A stretch of 64,000 nucleotides of DNA, taken from positions 64,001 through 128,000 of IMG/VR virus record IMGVR_UViG_3300020182_002648. One strand, 5' to 3'. The translations under genes were made by a program, and so were the position numbers. This document shows positions 50,326 to 59,652 of this stretch, one piece after another. Origin of the DNA: a virus. Under the pieces are notes generated by a model. It made no database searches, was not told where the DNA came from, and saw only the letters and a list, made by a program, of their open reading frames with translations. How positions within the stretch are numbered: the stretch's first letter is position 1; each line of letters opens with the position of its first letter.

Positions 50326-51965
50326 TGAACGTAAAGAAACGTAACAACAAAACAGAAGAATTTAACGAACAGAAAATTCGCGCTTGTATCGAGAGATGCT
50401 GCGTCGATCCTGAAGGAAATGTATACCCCGGGGTCACAGCTGATACTATAGTGTTTAATGCTAAGATCAAACTGTATGATGGTATAACAACTCAAGAGAT
50501 CGATGACAGTATAGTCAAGAGCGCTCGTAGCATGATTGAGCAAGAGCCTAACTACAAGTTTGTTGCTGCCAAGTTGTTGTTAAACACCATATACAAAGAA
50601 GTGTTCAACACTGGTGTTGATGGTGATGCGTTTGAATTACAATATCGTACCAGCTTCATTGTGAATCTCAAGAAACTGGTGAAAGCAGGTATCTTGCACA
50701 AAGACATGGCCAAGTTTGATCTTAACAAGTTGTCGAGTCATTTGAAAATTGAGAGAGACAACAATTTCGAATATTTAGGTATTCAGACTATCTATGATAG
50801 ATATCTGCATCATATTGATGAACAGAAAATGGAGGCTCCTCAGGCATTCTGGATGAGAGTCGCCATGGGACTGGCATTAGGTGAAGCTAAGGAAGATAGA
50901 GTCGAGTGGGCTTTGAAGTTCTATGATCAATTGAGCAGTTTCAATTGGATGAGCAGCACTCCTACATTGTTTAATAGTGGCGGGACGTTCAGTCAGCTGA
51001 GCAGTTGTTTCCTCAACACATTCGAAGACAGTATTGTGGGTATATTTGATGGCTTGTTACAAGAGGCTCTCAAGAACAAATATTCAGGTGGGTTGGGTAT
51101 GGACATGACCAACTTCAGAGCCACAAACAGTTATATCAAGGGTACAAATGGAGAGACACAAGGCGCTGTATACTTCTGGAAGCTGTATGGTGACATGCTC
51201 ACTGCTGTCAATCAAGGTGGCAAGAGAAGAGGAGCCGGATGTGCTTACTTAGAGACTTGGCATGCTGATATTGAAGACTTTATTCAATTGCGGAAGAACA
51301 CAGGAGATGAACGCAAGCGCGCTCATGATATGAACACAGCTAACTGGATTCCTGATCTGTTTCTCAAATGCGTCAATGAGGACAAGCCATGGTATTTGTT
51401 CACACCCAATGAGACTCCTGATCTTCATGATTTATATGGTAAGGATTTTGAGAAGAGGTACTATGAGTATGTCAAGAAAGGTAAAGCAGGAGAGCTCAGA
51501 GTGTTTAGAGAGGTTCAAGCTAAGGATCTGTGGAAGAAAATGCTTAGATCTCTATTCGAGACTGGTCATCCATGGATCACTTTCAAAGACTCATGCAATC
51601 TGAGAAGCCCTCAACAACATGCTGGTGTGGTTCACAGCAGTAACCTTTGTGTAGTGGGTGATACAGAGATAGATTGTATCATAGATGGTCGTAACAGTGT
51701 TGTACGTATGGATGAACTTGTTGATCTACATAACAGTGGTAAACGATGTGAGACAATGTCATATAACGTCGATACACAAGAGTATGAATATAAGCTAATA
51801 ACTGATGCTGCTATGACGAACGACAACGCAGAGATCCTAGAGATTGAGGATTGTACCTCCGGTAAGGTCATCAGATGTACTGCTGATCACAAGATATACA
51901 CAACCAACCGTGGGTATGTACCTGCCGGAGAGCTAACAGAGGAGGATATTTTAGTAATATCGTAA
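50325..51965 (+). CDS. nrdA: ribonucleotide reductase alpha, N-terminal part fused to split intein IntN
   Basis: ATP cone, TPTLFNSG, LSSC, ends HSSNL|CVVGDT...TADH intein. Confidence 0.95.
   Translation: MNVKKRNNKTEEFNEQKIRACIERCCVDPEGNVYPGVTADTIVFNAKIKLYDGITTQEIDDSIVKSARSMIEQEPNYKFVAAKLLLNTIYKEVFNTGVDGDAFELQYRTSFIVNLKKLVKAGILHKDMAKFDLNKLSSHLKIERDNNFEYLGIQTIYDRYLHHIDEQKMEAPQAFWMRVAMGLALGEAKEDRVEWALKFYDQLSSFNWMSSTPTLFNSGGTFSQLSSCFLNTFEDSIVGIFDGLLQEALKNKYSGGLGMDMTNFRATNSYIKGTNGETQGAVYFWKLYGDMLTAVNQGGKRRGAGCAYLETWHADIEDFIQLRKNTGDERKRAHDMNTANWIPDLFLKCVNEDKPWYLFTPNETPDLHDLYGKDFEKRYYEYVKKGKAGELRVFREVQAKDLWKKMLRSLFETGHPWITFKDSCNLRSPQQHAGVVHSSNLCVVGDTEIDCIIDGRNSVVRMDELVDLHNSGKRCETMSYNVDTQEYEYKLITDAAMTNDNAEILEIEDCTSGKVIRCTADHKIYTTNRGYVPAGELTEEDILVIS
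51648..51965 (+). mobile_element. split intein N-half (105 aa)
   Basis: block A CVVGDTEI, block B CTADHKIYT.NRGY, then stop. Confidence 0.92.
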
Positions 51966-51985
51966 AAGTATTCAGGGGTATCTCA

Positions 51986-51991
51986 TAAGTA
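51986..51991 (+). promoter_or_regulatory. late promoter of the homing endonuclease
   Basis: TAAGTA-N5-ATG, same geometry as other late genes. Confidence 0.6.
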
Positions 51992-51996
51992 GTTAT

Positions 51997-52785
51997 ATGA
52001 CGCTTAGAGATACCCCTAAACACTATGTATATATGCATACAATAACTACAACAAACAAGTCCTATATAGGATACACATCAAAGAGTGTATCTGAGAGGTT
52101 GAAGGGTCATTATAAGAATGCTTTCATTAATAACCTACAAGCCCATTGGCATAAAGCTTTAAGAAAGCACGGGATGGGAGCAGTTAAGACTAAGTTACTA
52201 GCAGAAGCTGATTCTAGAGAAGAGGGATTGAAACTTGAAATGGAATTTATCGAGAAATTTGATACTTATAAGAATGGTTATAATCAAACACTTGGAGGTA
52301 CCGGAGGTGTTACTATAGACAGGGAACGCGATCCAGAGAAGTGGCAAGCATGGTATGACAAGAAGTTAAAACATGTACAAGGAGCAAACAATCCTAGTTA
52401 TTCTGGATACACTGATGACCAGCTGGTCGACATCGCGGTTGGTTTATATTTAGACAATAACAGATTGTTCACGTACGGTATATGGAAGAGACATTGCCAG
52501 TCGTCAAAGACTCCACAGAGTTTCTCTAAAATGAGATTCAATGGAGAAGGGTTCAGAGGTTTCAAGAGAATGATCAAACTAGAATTGACAAATAGAGGTA
52601 TTGATTATACTGATGATAGTTTTACATACAAGAGAACTGCTGAGCATAATGCCAATTTGAGAAACAACAATATAGGAAAAAAGTGGTTCACAAACGGGAC
52701 GAAGAGGTTAATGACATATCAAGATGACCCGCGGGTATCCGGTTGGAAGAACGGAAGGACTTTAAACAAGACAAACACAATTTAA
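51997..52785 (+). CDS. free-standing GIY-YIG homing endonuclease
   Basis: YVY...SYIGYT, R, LE..FI, NGYN; NUMOD-like GKKWFTNG...GWKNGR. Confidence 0.88.
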   Translation: MTLRDTPKHYVYMHTITTTNKSYIGYTSKSVSERLKGHYKNAFINNLQAHWHKALRKHGMGAVKTKLLAEADSREEGLKLEMEFIEKFDTYKNGYNQTLGGTGGVTIDRERDPEKWQAWYDKKLKHVQGANNPSYSGYTDDQLVDIAVGLYLDNNRLFTYGIWKRHCQSSKTPQSFSKMRFNGEGFRGFKRMIKLELTNRGIDYTDDSFTYKRTAEHNANLRNNNIGKKWFTNGTKRLMTYQDDPRVSGWKNGRTLNKTNTI

Positions 52786-52787
52786 TT

Positions 52788-54014
52788 ATGATAAAAATTA
52801 CAAAACTTAAACAAAAGCAACCAGTGTATGATATCACTGTAAAAGATAATCACAATTTCTTCGGAAATAATATACTAGTACACAACTGCACCGAGATCAC
52901 ATTAAACACAAAAGCGACTAGCTACACAAAAACTGGCAGAAGTGTCAAGGAGTATGGAGAGACCGCTGTTTGTAATTTAGGTAGTATCAATCTGAAGAAT
53001 CATTTGATTGAAGTAGATGGAAAAGTAACGTTAGACTATGACAAGCTGAAGAACACAGTGACTGTTGGTATGAGGATGTTAGATAACGTTATTGATATCA
53101 ACTTCTATCCGACTGAAGAGACTCGGAGGAGCAATACTAAGCACAGACCAGTAGGCATGGGTAGCATGGGCTGGCATGATATGTTCTTGTCAATGGGCAT
53201 TGAATTCGATAGCGATGAGGCTGTCAAGTTGTCAAGCGATGTGTATGAATACATTTCATACAATGCTATATCAGCTAGTAACGATCTAGCCAAAGCCAGA
53301 GGCAAGTATGAATCATTCGAAGGATCAGCCTGGTCACAAGGTATATTACCGATGGATAGTTATCGTGACTTGATGAAGTTACGTACTGTGCGAGCTAGCA
53401 GTCGATCCAAACTCGATTGGGACTCTCTCAGAGCGTCTGTAGTTAAGCATGGCATGCGGAACAGCAACACGATGGCCATAGCACCAACAGCCACGATTAG
53501 CTCTATTGTAGGATCAAGTCCGAGTATCGAGCCATATTACAGTGTGTTGTATGTGTACAGTACATTGAGTGGTGAGTTTACCATGGTCAATGATCACTTC
53601 GTCAAGGACATGAAGAAGTTAGGATTATGGTCTCAGAGGCTAATCGATGATGTGAAACGTACAGATGGTGATATCTCCAAGTTGACTGATTGGAAAATTC
53701 CAGCAGAGATTGTGTCCAAATACCGAACAGCGTTTCAGCAGGATCAGATGAAGATGGTTGAATCTGCTGCTGCAAGGCAAAAGTGGATTGACCAGGGGGT
53801 GAGTTTAAATCTGTACAATGACAAGTCGAGTCTCAAGTTTTTGAATGATTTGTACATGCATGCATGGGAGAACGGATTGAAGACCACATACTATCTACGC
53901 AATCGTGCTGCCAGTACAATTGAGAAGAGCACAGTTGGGTCAACTCCAGAACCAGAAAATATCACAGCATGTAGTTTGAACAGTGCCCCTGGTGAATGTG
54001 AAGCTTGTCAGTAG
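52788..54014 (+). CDS. nrdA: split intein IntC (33 aa) fused to RNR alpha C-terminal part
   Basis: MIKI...VYDITV..NHNFF..NILVHN|CTEI; CNLGS, APTATIS, KTTYY, C-terminal CEAC. Confidence 0.95.
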   Translation: MIKITKLKQKQPVYDITVKDNHNFFGNNILVHNCTEITLNTKATSYTKTGRSVKEYGETAVCNLGSINLKNHLIEVDGKVTLDYDKLKNTVTVGMRMLDNVIDINFYPTEETRRSNTKHRPVGMGSMGWHDMFLSMGIEFDSDEAVKLSSDVYEYISYNAISASNDLAKARGKYESFEGSAWSQGILPMDSYRDLMKLRTVRASSRSKLDWDSLRASVVKHGMRNSNTMAIAPTATISSIVGSSPSIEPYYSVLYVYSTLSGEFTMVNDHFVKDMKKLGLWSQRLIDDVKRTDGDISKLTDWKIPAEIVSKYRTAFQQDQMKMVESAAARQKWIDQGVSLNLYNDKSSLKFLNDLYMHAWENGLKTTYYLRNRAASTIEKSTVGSTPEPENITACSLNSAPGECEACQ

Positions 54015-54197
54015 CGTGAGAATAATATTTGCCTGGTTATTATATCAAGTTGGTGACATTATAAGTAGATTGTTACGGTATAGTATGTTCGCGTGGTTAT
54101 ATCCAGTATATAGCAAGTTGATGTTGTGGAGCTCTCATCTCGATAGTAGTGATGCTATATGGCATAAAAAAAATGACTGATATGTATAAATAATAGT

Positions 54198-54350
54198 ATG
54201 CCAGTAACAACCACGACTACAAGCACTAGACCTGTACTAGAATCATCGCATGCAGGTGCGATGTTATTCGACACAGATACCAATCAACTCATCATATGGG
54301 ATGGCACTATATGGTATGTATTCGAACCAACGGCCACAATAGATCCTTGA
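54198..54350 (+). CDS. 50-aa late protein with fibre-like GxMxFDTD..W motif
   Basis: TATAAATA-N5-ATG; manual translation. Confidence 0.6.
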   Translation: MPVTTTTTSTRPVLESSHAGAMLFDTDTNQLIIWDGTIWYVFEPTATIDP

Positions 54351-54357
54351 TTCCATA

Positions 54358-54663
54358 ATGAGTACAAAGATTATAGGAAAGAACGGGTCGATATGGTTAA
54401 CTGGTAGATCTGCATTTGATCTAGATCAAGGAGGAGTCATTACTTTCCCGTACCCGGATATAGTTGATATTGAGAGTGTCATCACCGCTGCAGCAGCAGA
54501 GGACGGTATAATGGGATTCGGTACCGATACTAAGAACTTGTATATATCAAATAATGGAAGATGGTATAAGTTTGATTCTAGGTGGCATAAATGGAATACT
54601 CACGACCTAGATTGGAATGAGGAGAGCTTTGTTGCGATTGATTCTAATAGCACACCAATATAG
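54358..54663 (+). CDS. small protein with fibre-like GxMxFxTD..W motif
   Basis: similar motif to the upstream ORF. Confidence 0.55.
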   Translation: MSTKIIGKNGSIWLTGRSAFDLDQGGVITFPYPDIVDIESVITAAAAEDGIMGFGTDTKNLYISNNGRWYKFDSRWHKWNTHDLDWNEESFVAIDSNSTPI

Positions 54664-54736
54664 GCTGAATAACTTTCTATAATTAAGTAGTACTTGTTGC
54701 TATTTATCAGCAATAATATATACTAAGTATTGAAAT

Positions 54737-55732
54737 ATGAGTCAAATCTTAGGCAAAGAATCCGCAGGAGTAAATCAAATACTCCCACACAAAAACAAAT
54801 GGGCTTGGGACCTGTATCGTTCTGGAAAGAACAACAATTGGACACCTGAAGAAGTGCCTATGACCAAGGATGTACAGAACTGGAAGAAGAGTGATGTTAT
54901 CTCTGATAATGAAAGACTGCTCATCAAGAGATGTCTAGGGTTTTTTGCTGGTAGTGAGAGTTTGGTAGGTAACAACTTGTTCACATTGTTCAAGTATATA
55001 ACGGATGCTGAATGTCGGCAGTACTTGAGCAGGCAGATGTATGAGGAGTGTTTACATAATGATACAATCGTGTATATTTGTGATTCACTTGATCTGGATA
55101 TTACTGAGGTATATCAAGCATATGAAAATATTCCTAGCATCAAGGCTAAAGATGATTTTCTCATGAATGTAACAGGTGACTTGGTTAACAATCCAGTTGA
55201 CACGAGCACACCTGAAGGAGTGAGAGAAGTTATCAAAGCAGCGTTCATATACTGGATTGTATGTGAGGGTACATTTTTCTTCAGCGGATTCGCCATGCTG
55301 CTGGCATTATCGGACAAGATTCCTGGAATCGCTGAGCAAATTCAATACACATTGAGAGATGAGAGTATACACATCAAGTTTGGCACAATGCTTCTCAACA
55401 AGATCAGAGAACAACATCCAGACGTGTGGGACGCTAAGCTAGATGAAGAGTTGACAGGATATCTCAAGAGTGCTGTAGAGTTGGAGATAAACTACGCTAA
55501 AGACGCTCTCCCCTCAGGGATCCTAGGTTTAAACTCTGACATGTTCGTTGATTACATGCAACATATTGCAAATCGTAGATTGTCCGGATTAGGCATGGAT
55601 TTCCGGTATGAAAAGGACGAGAATCCGTTTCCTTGGTTGAGTGAAGTGATAGATTTGAGCAAACAAAAGAACTTCTTTGAATCAAAGGTTACAGAGTATC
55701 AAAACTCTGGTGCTCTCGACGACGACTTTTAG
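54737..55732 (+). CDS. nrdB: ribonucleotide reductase beta, class Ic-like
   Basis: FFAGSE, EECLH, EGTFF, RDESIH, NFFE..VTEY. Confidence 0.93.
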   Translation: MSQILGKESAGVNQILPHKNKWAWDLYRSGKNNNWTPEEVPMTKDVQNWKKSDVISDNERLLIKRCLGFFAGSESLVGNNLFTLFKYITDAECRQYLSRQMYEECLHNDTIVYICDSLDLDITEVYQAYENIPSIKAKDDFLMNVTGDLVNNPVDTSTPEGVREVIKAAFIYWIVCEGTFFFSGFAMLLALSDKIPGIAEQIQYTLRDESIHIKFGTMLLNKIREQHPDVWDAKLDEELTGYLKSAVELEINYAKDALPSGILGLNSDMFVDYMQHIANRRLSGLGMDFRYEKDENPFPWLSEVIDLSKQKNFFESKVTEYQNSGALDDDF

Positions 55733-55783
55733 AAATACGTATACTTTTCGGTAGCGCAACCGACTTTTCGATTAAATAATTAT

Positions 55784-57001
55784 ATGATCGAGAAAATAAA
55801 GAATATACTTAAATTTAAAAATGATGTAAGCCTGCCTGACATAGAGGTCAACGAGGTGTCACAGACTTTATCTCAATCCATTGGATGGGGATTAACACAA
55901 AACAACATACCACGGGCTTGGACAGAGTCTAAGGGCAAAGGAGTTGTCGTGGCTGTGATTGACACAGGCATGCCCATTCATCCAGATATAGGGGACAATG
56001 CTATTGAAGGTAAATCCTTCATACCTGGTGAGAACATATATGACAACCATGGACATCAAACTCATTGCGTTGGTATCATATGTGCCAAGAATAATGAGTT
56101 TGGAATGGTCGGAGTTGCTCCGGAATCTAAATGTGTTTGTATCAAGGGATTGAGCAACAGTGGCAGTGGCAGTTCTAAAGGAATCGCAGATGCACTAGAT
56201 TATTGTTTGGAAATCAAGCCGGATATCGTGAGCATGAGTCTAGGTAGTTCCAGAGCAGACCCAGCCATGCATGAGGCTATCAAGCGACTGGTCAAGGCTG
56301 GTATAGTTGTAGTATGCGCCGCTGGCAATAGCGCTGCAGCTGGTGTCAATTATCCTGGAGCATTTCCAGAGACTATAGCTATTGGTTCACATGAAGTTGA
56401 TGGTAAGCTGTCATGGTTTAGTAGTGTAGGTACTCAAGTCGATTGGGCTGCACCTGGAGGTAAAATATACAGCACGTACACCAAAGGACGATATGCAGAG
56501 CTGAGCGGAACTTCAATGGCATGTCCATTTGTAGCTGGTGTTCTAGCTCTATTGATATCTAAATGGAAGAAGGACGGTAGAGAATACACTGTGGATGATG
56601 TTTGGTTGTCGTTACTTTCCAATACTATAGACAAGTTTACACCTGGTGAAGACAATCACTTTGGTAATGGCATCATTGATGTGTTGTCTCTTTTAGATGC
56701 TGGGCCGGAACCTGAACCAACACCGGAACCTGAACCAACACCGGAACCAACACCGGAACCAACACCGGAACCAACACCGGAACCTGAACCAACACCGGAA
56801 CCAAAACCCGGGGTATGGATGAGACAACGGACATGGGTTACTATTGGGTTGTTTTTACTAACCACAATAGGCATACTGTCACTAATAAATCACCACATGT
56901 CTATTGACGTTCTAGAAGAGATCGATTGGGATCAACGACTAGAGGAGGACTTGGAGAGCAGAGGACTAACGGAAGAGCAATGGCGCTCTATGAGGCGTTA
57001 A
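55784..57001 (+). CDS. subtilisin-like S8 serine protease with Pro-Glu-Pro-Thr linker and C-terminal TM
   Basis: VIDTG, GHQTHCVG, AAGN, SGTSMACP; TAAATA-N5-ATG. Confidence 0.92.
   Translation: MIEKIKNILKFKNDVSLPDIEVNEVSQTLSQSIGWGLTQNNIPRAWTESKGKGVVVAVIDTGMPIHPDIGDNAIEGKSFIPGENIYDNHGHQTHCVGIICAKNNEFGMVGVAPESKCVCIKGLSNSGSGSSKGIADALDYCLEIKPDIVSMSLGSSRADPAMHEAIKRLVKAGIVVVCAAGNSAAAGVNYPGAFPETIAIGSHEVDGKLSWFSSVGTQVDWAAPGGKIYSTYTKGRYAELSGTSMACPFVAGVLALLISKWKKDGREYTVDDVWLSLLSNTIDKFTPGEDNHFGNGIIDVLSLLDAGPEPEPTPEPEPTPEPTPEPTPEPTPEPEPTPEPKPGVWMRQRTWVTIGLFLLTTIGILSLINHHMSIDVLEEIDWDQRLEEDLESRGLTEEQWRSMRR
56705..56806 (+). repeat. coding minisatellite, PE(PE)PT units
   Basis: ccggaa(cctgaa)ccaaca tandem units. 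Confidence 0.9.
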
Positions 57002-57497
57002 GAGAGTCTTTTTTGATAATTTTAAGTGCTGCTTCGCGATCTAACCAGTCGTGAACCAGCACTTGTTTGTTGGACAAATCCTTGTAGTGTTGAAAGAAAT
57101 TCTTAGTCACATCTAAGAATAACCGGCTGACTTGATGTATGTCGGTTTTTCTTTTAACTGCGGATGTAGGCACGCCTAAGATCTTGTAATCCTTATCACC
57201 ATCGTCATCCATATCTAACACTCCTATCACGCGACACTCTACTAATGTGGTTCTCTCTATGGGAGCATTAGCATACACCAGGATGTCTAGTGGGTCGCCA
57301 TCAGCACCTAATGTGTTAGGTATAAACCCGTAATTGGCAGGGTAGACCATGGCGCTCGTTAAGCATCTATCCAGTCTAAATATCTCTAAATCTTTATCAT
57401 ATTCATACTTCGTACTGGTTCCTTTGGGTATCTCTACAATAGCGTTTACTATGTCCGGGGAGTCCTTATGTAGGGGAATCTTGTACAGGTTTATCAT
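56988..57497 (-). CDS. ppa: inorganic pyrophosphatase family I
   Basis: EIPKG..KYEYD, YPANYGFIP, DGDPLD, D.K. Confidence 0.95.
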   Translation of the reverse strand: MINLYKIPLHKDSPDIVNAIVEIPKGTSTKYEYDKDLEIFRLDRCLTSAMVYPANYGFIPNTLGADGDPLDILVYANAPIERTTLVECRVIGVLDMDDDGDKDYKILGVPTSAVKRKTDIHQVSRLFLDVTKNFFQHYKDLSNKQVLVHDWLDREAALKIIKKDSLNAS

Positions 57498-57532
57498 GTG
57501 ATTATTTATGATAGTGTTGTGTGATTAAATAC

Positions 57533-57563
57533 AAAAAAGCCTGCCAACTTTCGCTGACAGGCT
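57533..57563 (-). terminator. intrinsic terminator after the porin gene
   Basis: AGCCUGUCA...UGGCAGGCU followed by a U-run. Confidence 0.7.
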
Positions 57564-57590
57564 AGATATTTTTAGCTCTTATTCCATCAA

Positions 57591-58250
57591 TTAGAAGTCC
57601 ATGGACAGTCCAACTGATACAATAGTTTCCCCATCGACGTCTTCTGCATCAATGTAATCGACTCCCAAGTTACCCTTGAGATCACCAACGACCACACGTG
57701 AAGCACCCAGACCAGCAATGAAGTAGTCTCGGTCGAGTGTTTTGGTCACTTCAGTCCGTCCAACACCAGCTCCAACCGTCAATGCGGCAAGGTCAGTGTC
57801 GAACGTGTGACTGATTCCAAGCTCAGTAGTATACAACTCATCGTCGAGATTGTAAAACACTGTAACTGTTGGTGACAATACTACATCAGCTGACAAACCA
57901 ATGAACAATTCACCAACTGACGCTCCGTCTACTTGCTCACGGTGAGTGTACCCACCAGTTGCAGCTAACAGACCGTCAAGGAAGGTTGATGACACACCTC
58001 CGACGAATTCATACGTATCACTCGTGCCTGCTAGAGGTGAGCTCATGAATCCGGAGAAGTACGCTCCGATATTATCAGAGACATCCCCTTGGACACCTAG
58101 TTGAGTTTGGATTGCTTCAGAAGACACGAGAGCACCACGATAAATGTAGTCGGACTTGTACCCCGTGCTAATATTACCAGACAGCTCTCCTGCCGTTACG
58201 TTATTGATTAAGCTGCAAAGCAGCGTTAGAATAGTTAATTTAACTTTCAT
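57591..58250 (-). CDS. outer-membrane beta-barrel (TIGR02001-like porin)
   Basis: signal peptide, SDYIYRG motif, amphipathic strands, C-terminal Phe; leaderless promoter. Confidence 0.75.
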   Translation of the reverse strand: MKVKLTILTLLCSLINNVTAGELSGNISTGYKSDYIYRGALVSSEAIQTQLGVQGDVSDNIGAYFSGFMSSPLAGTSDTYEFVGGVSSTFLDGLLAATGGYTHREQVDGASVGELFIGLSADVVLSPTVTVFYNLDDELYTTELGISHTFDTDLAALTVGAGVGRTEVTKTLDRDYFIAGLGASRVVVGDLKGNLGVDYIDAEDVDGETIVSVGLSMDF

Positions 58251-58292
58251 GCCATTATTATAATGGCTTCTGAAGCTAATGGCAACTGTTAC

Positions 58293-58405
58293 CTACTCTC
58301 CAAATTTGTACCCGAAACAATCTTCATCTATCACACTTTCATAAAACCCCAATAAACTATTAAGTTCTGAGCATAATCCACGTATTGTGAGTTTGTATGT
58401 ATAAT
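58293..58405 (-). pseudogene. chimeric deletion remnant
   Basis: reads IITYKLTIRGLCSELNSLL...DEDCFGYKFGE* with no proper start; tail resembles the C-terminus of 61557-62189. Confidence 0.4.
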
Positions 58406-59065
58406 TCATTTCTCTAAAATTATTCTCATTAATACAGGGTTATCATCTTTGTAGATAGATAAATCGTCTTGCTCGTTGAAATAAAGCAATTTAAATCCAA
58501 GAGATAGAACTGTATTTAAGAACTTTTGTGAATCTACGAATCTACGAGTATGTCCATCATTAAAATATGTTGTGTCACATATATGCTCACCCACTCCGAA
58601 TTTTGTATCTTTGGTTGTGCGAACTTCAATACAAAACAAACCCTCTCCCCTTAAACATTCGAATACTTTGGTTAATAGTCTATCTTGCTCTTCTGATGTA
58701 ATTGAATGAATAGTGAACCGAGAATAAAACACATCAATTGGTAACAGGTCTGGATGATATTCATTTGTATGTTTATCATCTGAGTGATGCGAGGGTTTGA
58801 TAAAATCATCCACAAGAAACTGTAGTCTATGGTGAGCTTTGCCTTCTTTAACTGAAGAATCTATAGACTGATCAACAGCCAGAACATCATGACCTAATTT
58901 AGCGAAATAAAACGAGTCTCTTGCATTTCCACACCCTAAGTCCACGATTGATCGCTGATGTTTAAAAAAGTTTTCTTCGCAAAATTTAGCAAAAGTGCTA
59001 CATTCAGATATATCCTCTCTAAACGAGTGATCTCTATAAAATTTATTCCAGTATTGTTTGTCCAT
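58406..59065 (-). CDS. class I SAM-dependent methyltransferase
   Basis: VDLGCGNARD, YSRFTIHS. Confidence 0.88.
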   Translation of the reverse strand: MDKQYWNKFYRDHSFREDISECSTFAKFCEENFFKHQRSIVDLGCGNARDSFYFAKLGHDVLAVDQSIDSSVKEGKAHHRLQFLVDDFIKPSHHSDDKHTNEYHPDLLPIDVFYSRFTIHSITSEEQDRLLTKVFECLRGEGLFCIEVRTTKDTKFGVGEHICDTTYFNDGHTRRFVDSQKFLNTVLSLGFKLLYFNEQDDLSIYKDDNPVLMRIILEK

Positions 59066-59652
59066 TATCGTTTTCCGTGTCTAGTATGAGCATGCTTGTC
59101 TTTTATTGGTGTGCGCCAATCACTACCATAAAGTTTCTGAAAATAAACCTCTGGATTTACTGGGCATGCAAACTCTCTATTGTTGAAGCTCACTGTGTTA
59201 TTTTTTGAGAAATCCGCAGGTGTCAAAGTGCCAAAAGACGGATGATTGATTAAGTTTTCTGATTCCGTATTTTCTTTTTCATAGAAATAAATATCTATAT
59301 AATCCCCGCCACGAGTGAATGAGGTAATCAAAGGGAGCAACCTAGTTAGTATCAGCTTATTTTCTTTCATCTTTTCTACGATTTTGATAAGCTCCTCCTC
59401 ATTATCAATCCATACAGCTATATCTGTATCCGTATCATGCTCGATAAGGTTTCCATCTCTGTATATCCCCAGTAGAGTACCAAATACAATACAATACTTG
59501 ACTTCAAGATGTTCAAAGATATCAACCGTGGTTAACAGGTTGGATGTTGACTGTTGTATATTGATTGGAGTTCCGGGCTGGTTAGGATGATTTGAGAACC
59601 GATTTTGCCCGGTGATTCGAGGGTACTTACGTTTGATTTTATTTATTTTCAT
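59065..59652 (-). CDS. LicD family phosphotransferase
   Basis: FGTLLGIYRDG.LI.HDTDTD, YG.DW..P. Confidence 0.88.
   Translation of the reverse strand: MKINKIKRKYPRITGQNRFSNHPNQPGTPINIQQSTSNLLTTVDIFEHLEVKYCIVFGTLLGIYRDGNLIEHDTDTDIAVWIDNEEELIKIVEKMKENKLILTRLLPLITSFTRGGDYIDIYFYEKENTESENLINHPSFGTLTPADFSKNNTVSFNNREFACPVNPEVYFQKLYGSDWRTPIKDKHAHTRHGKR

Noticed and set aside
51966-52787. Group I intron in nrdA
   Set aside because: Spacers around the endonuclease gene are only 31 and 2 nt, leaving no room for a ribozyme core. Intein motifs explain the split.
56700-56900. PEP-CTERM sorting signal
   Set aside because: There is no N-terminal signal peptide and no basic cluster right after the TM, and about 35 residues follow it.
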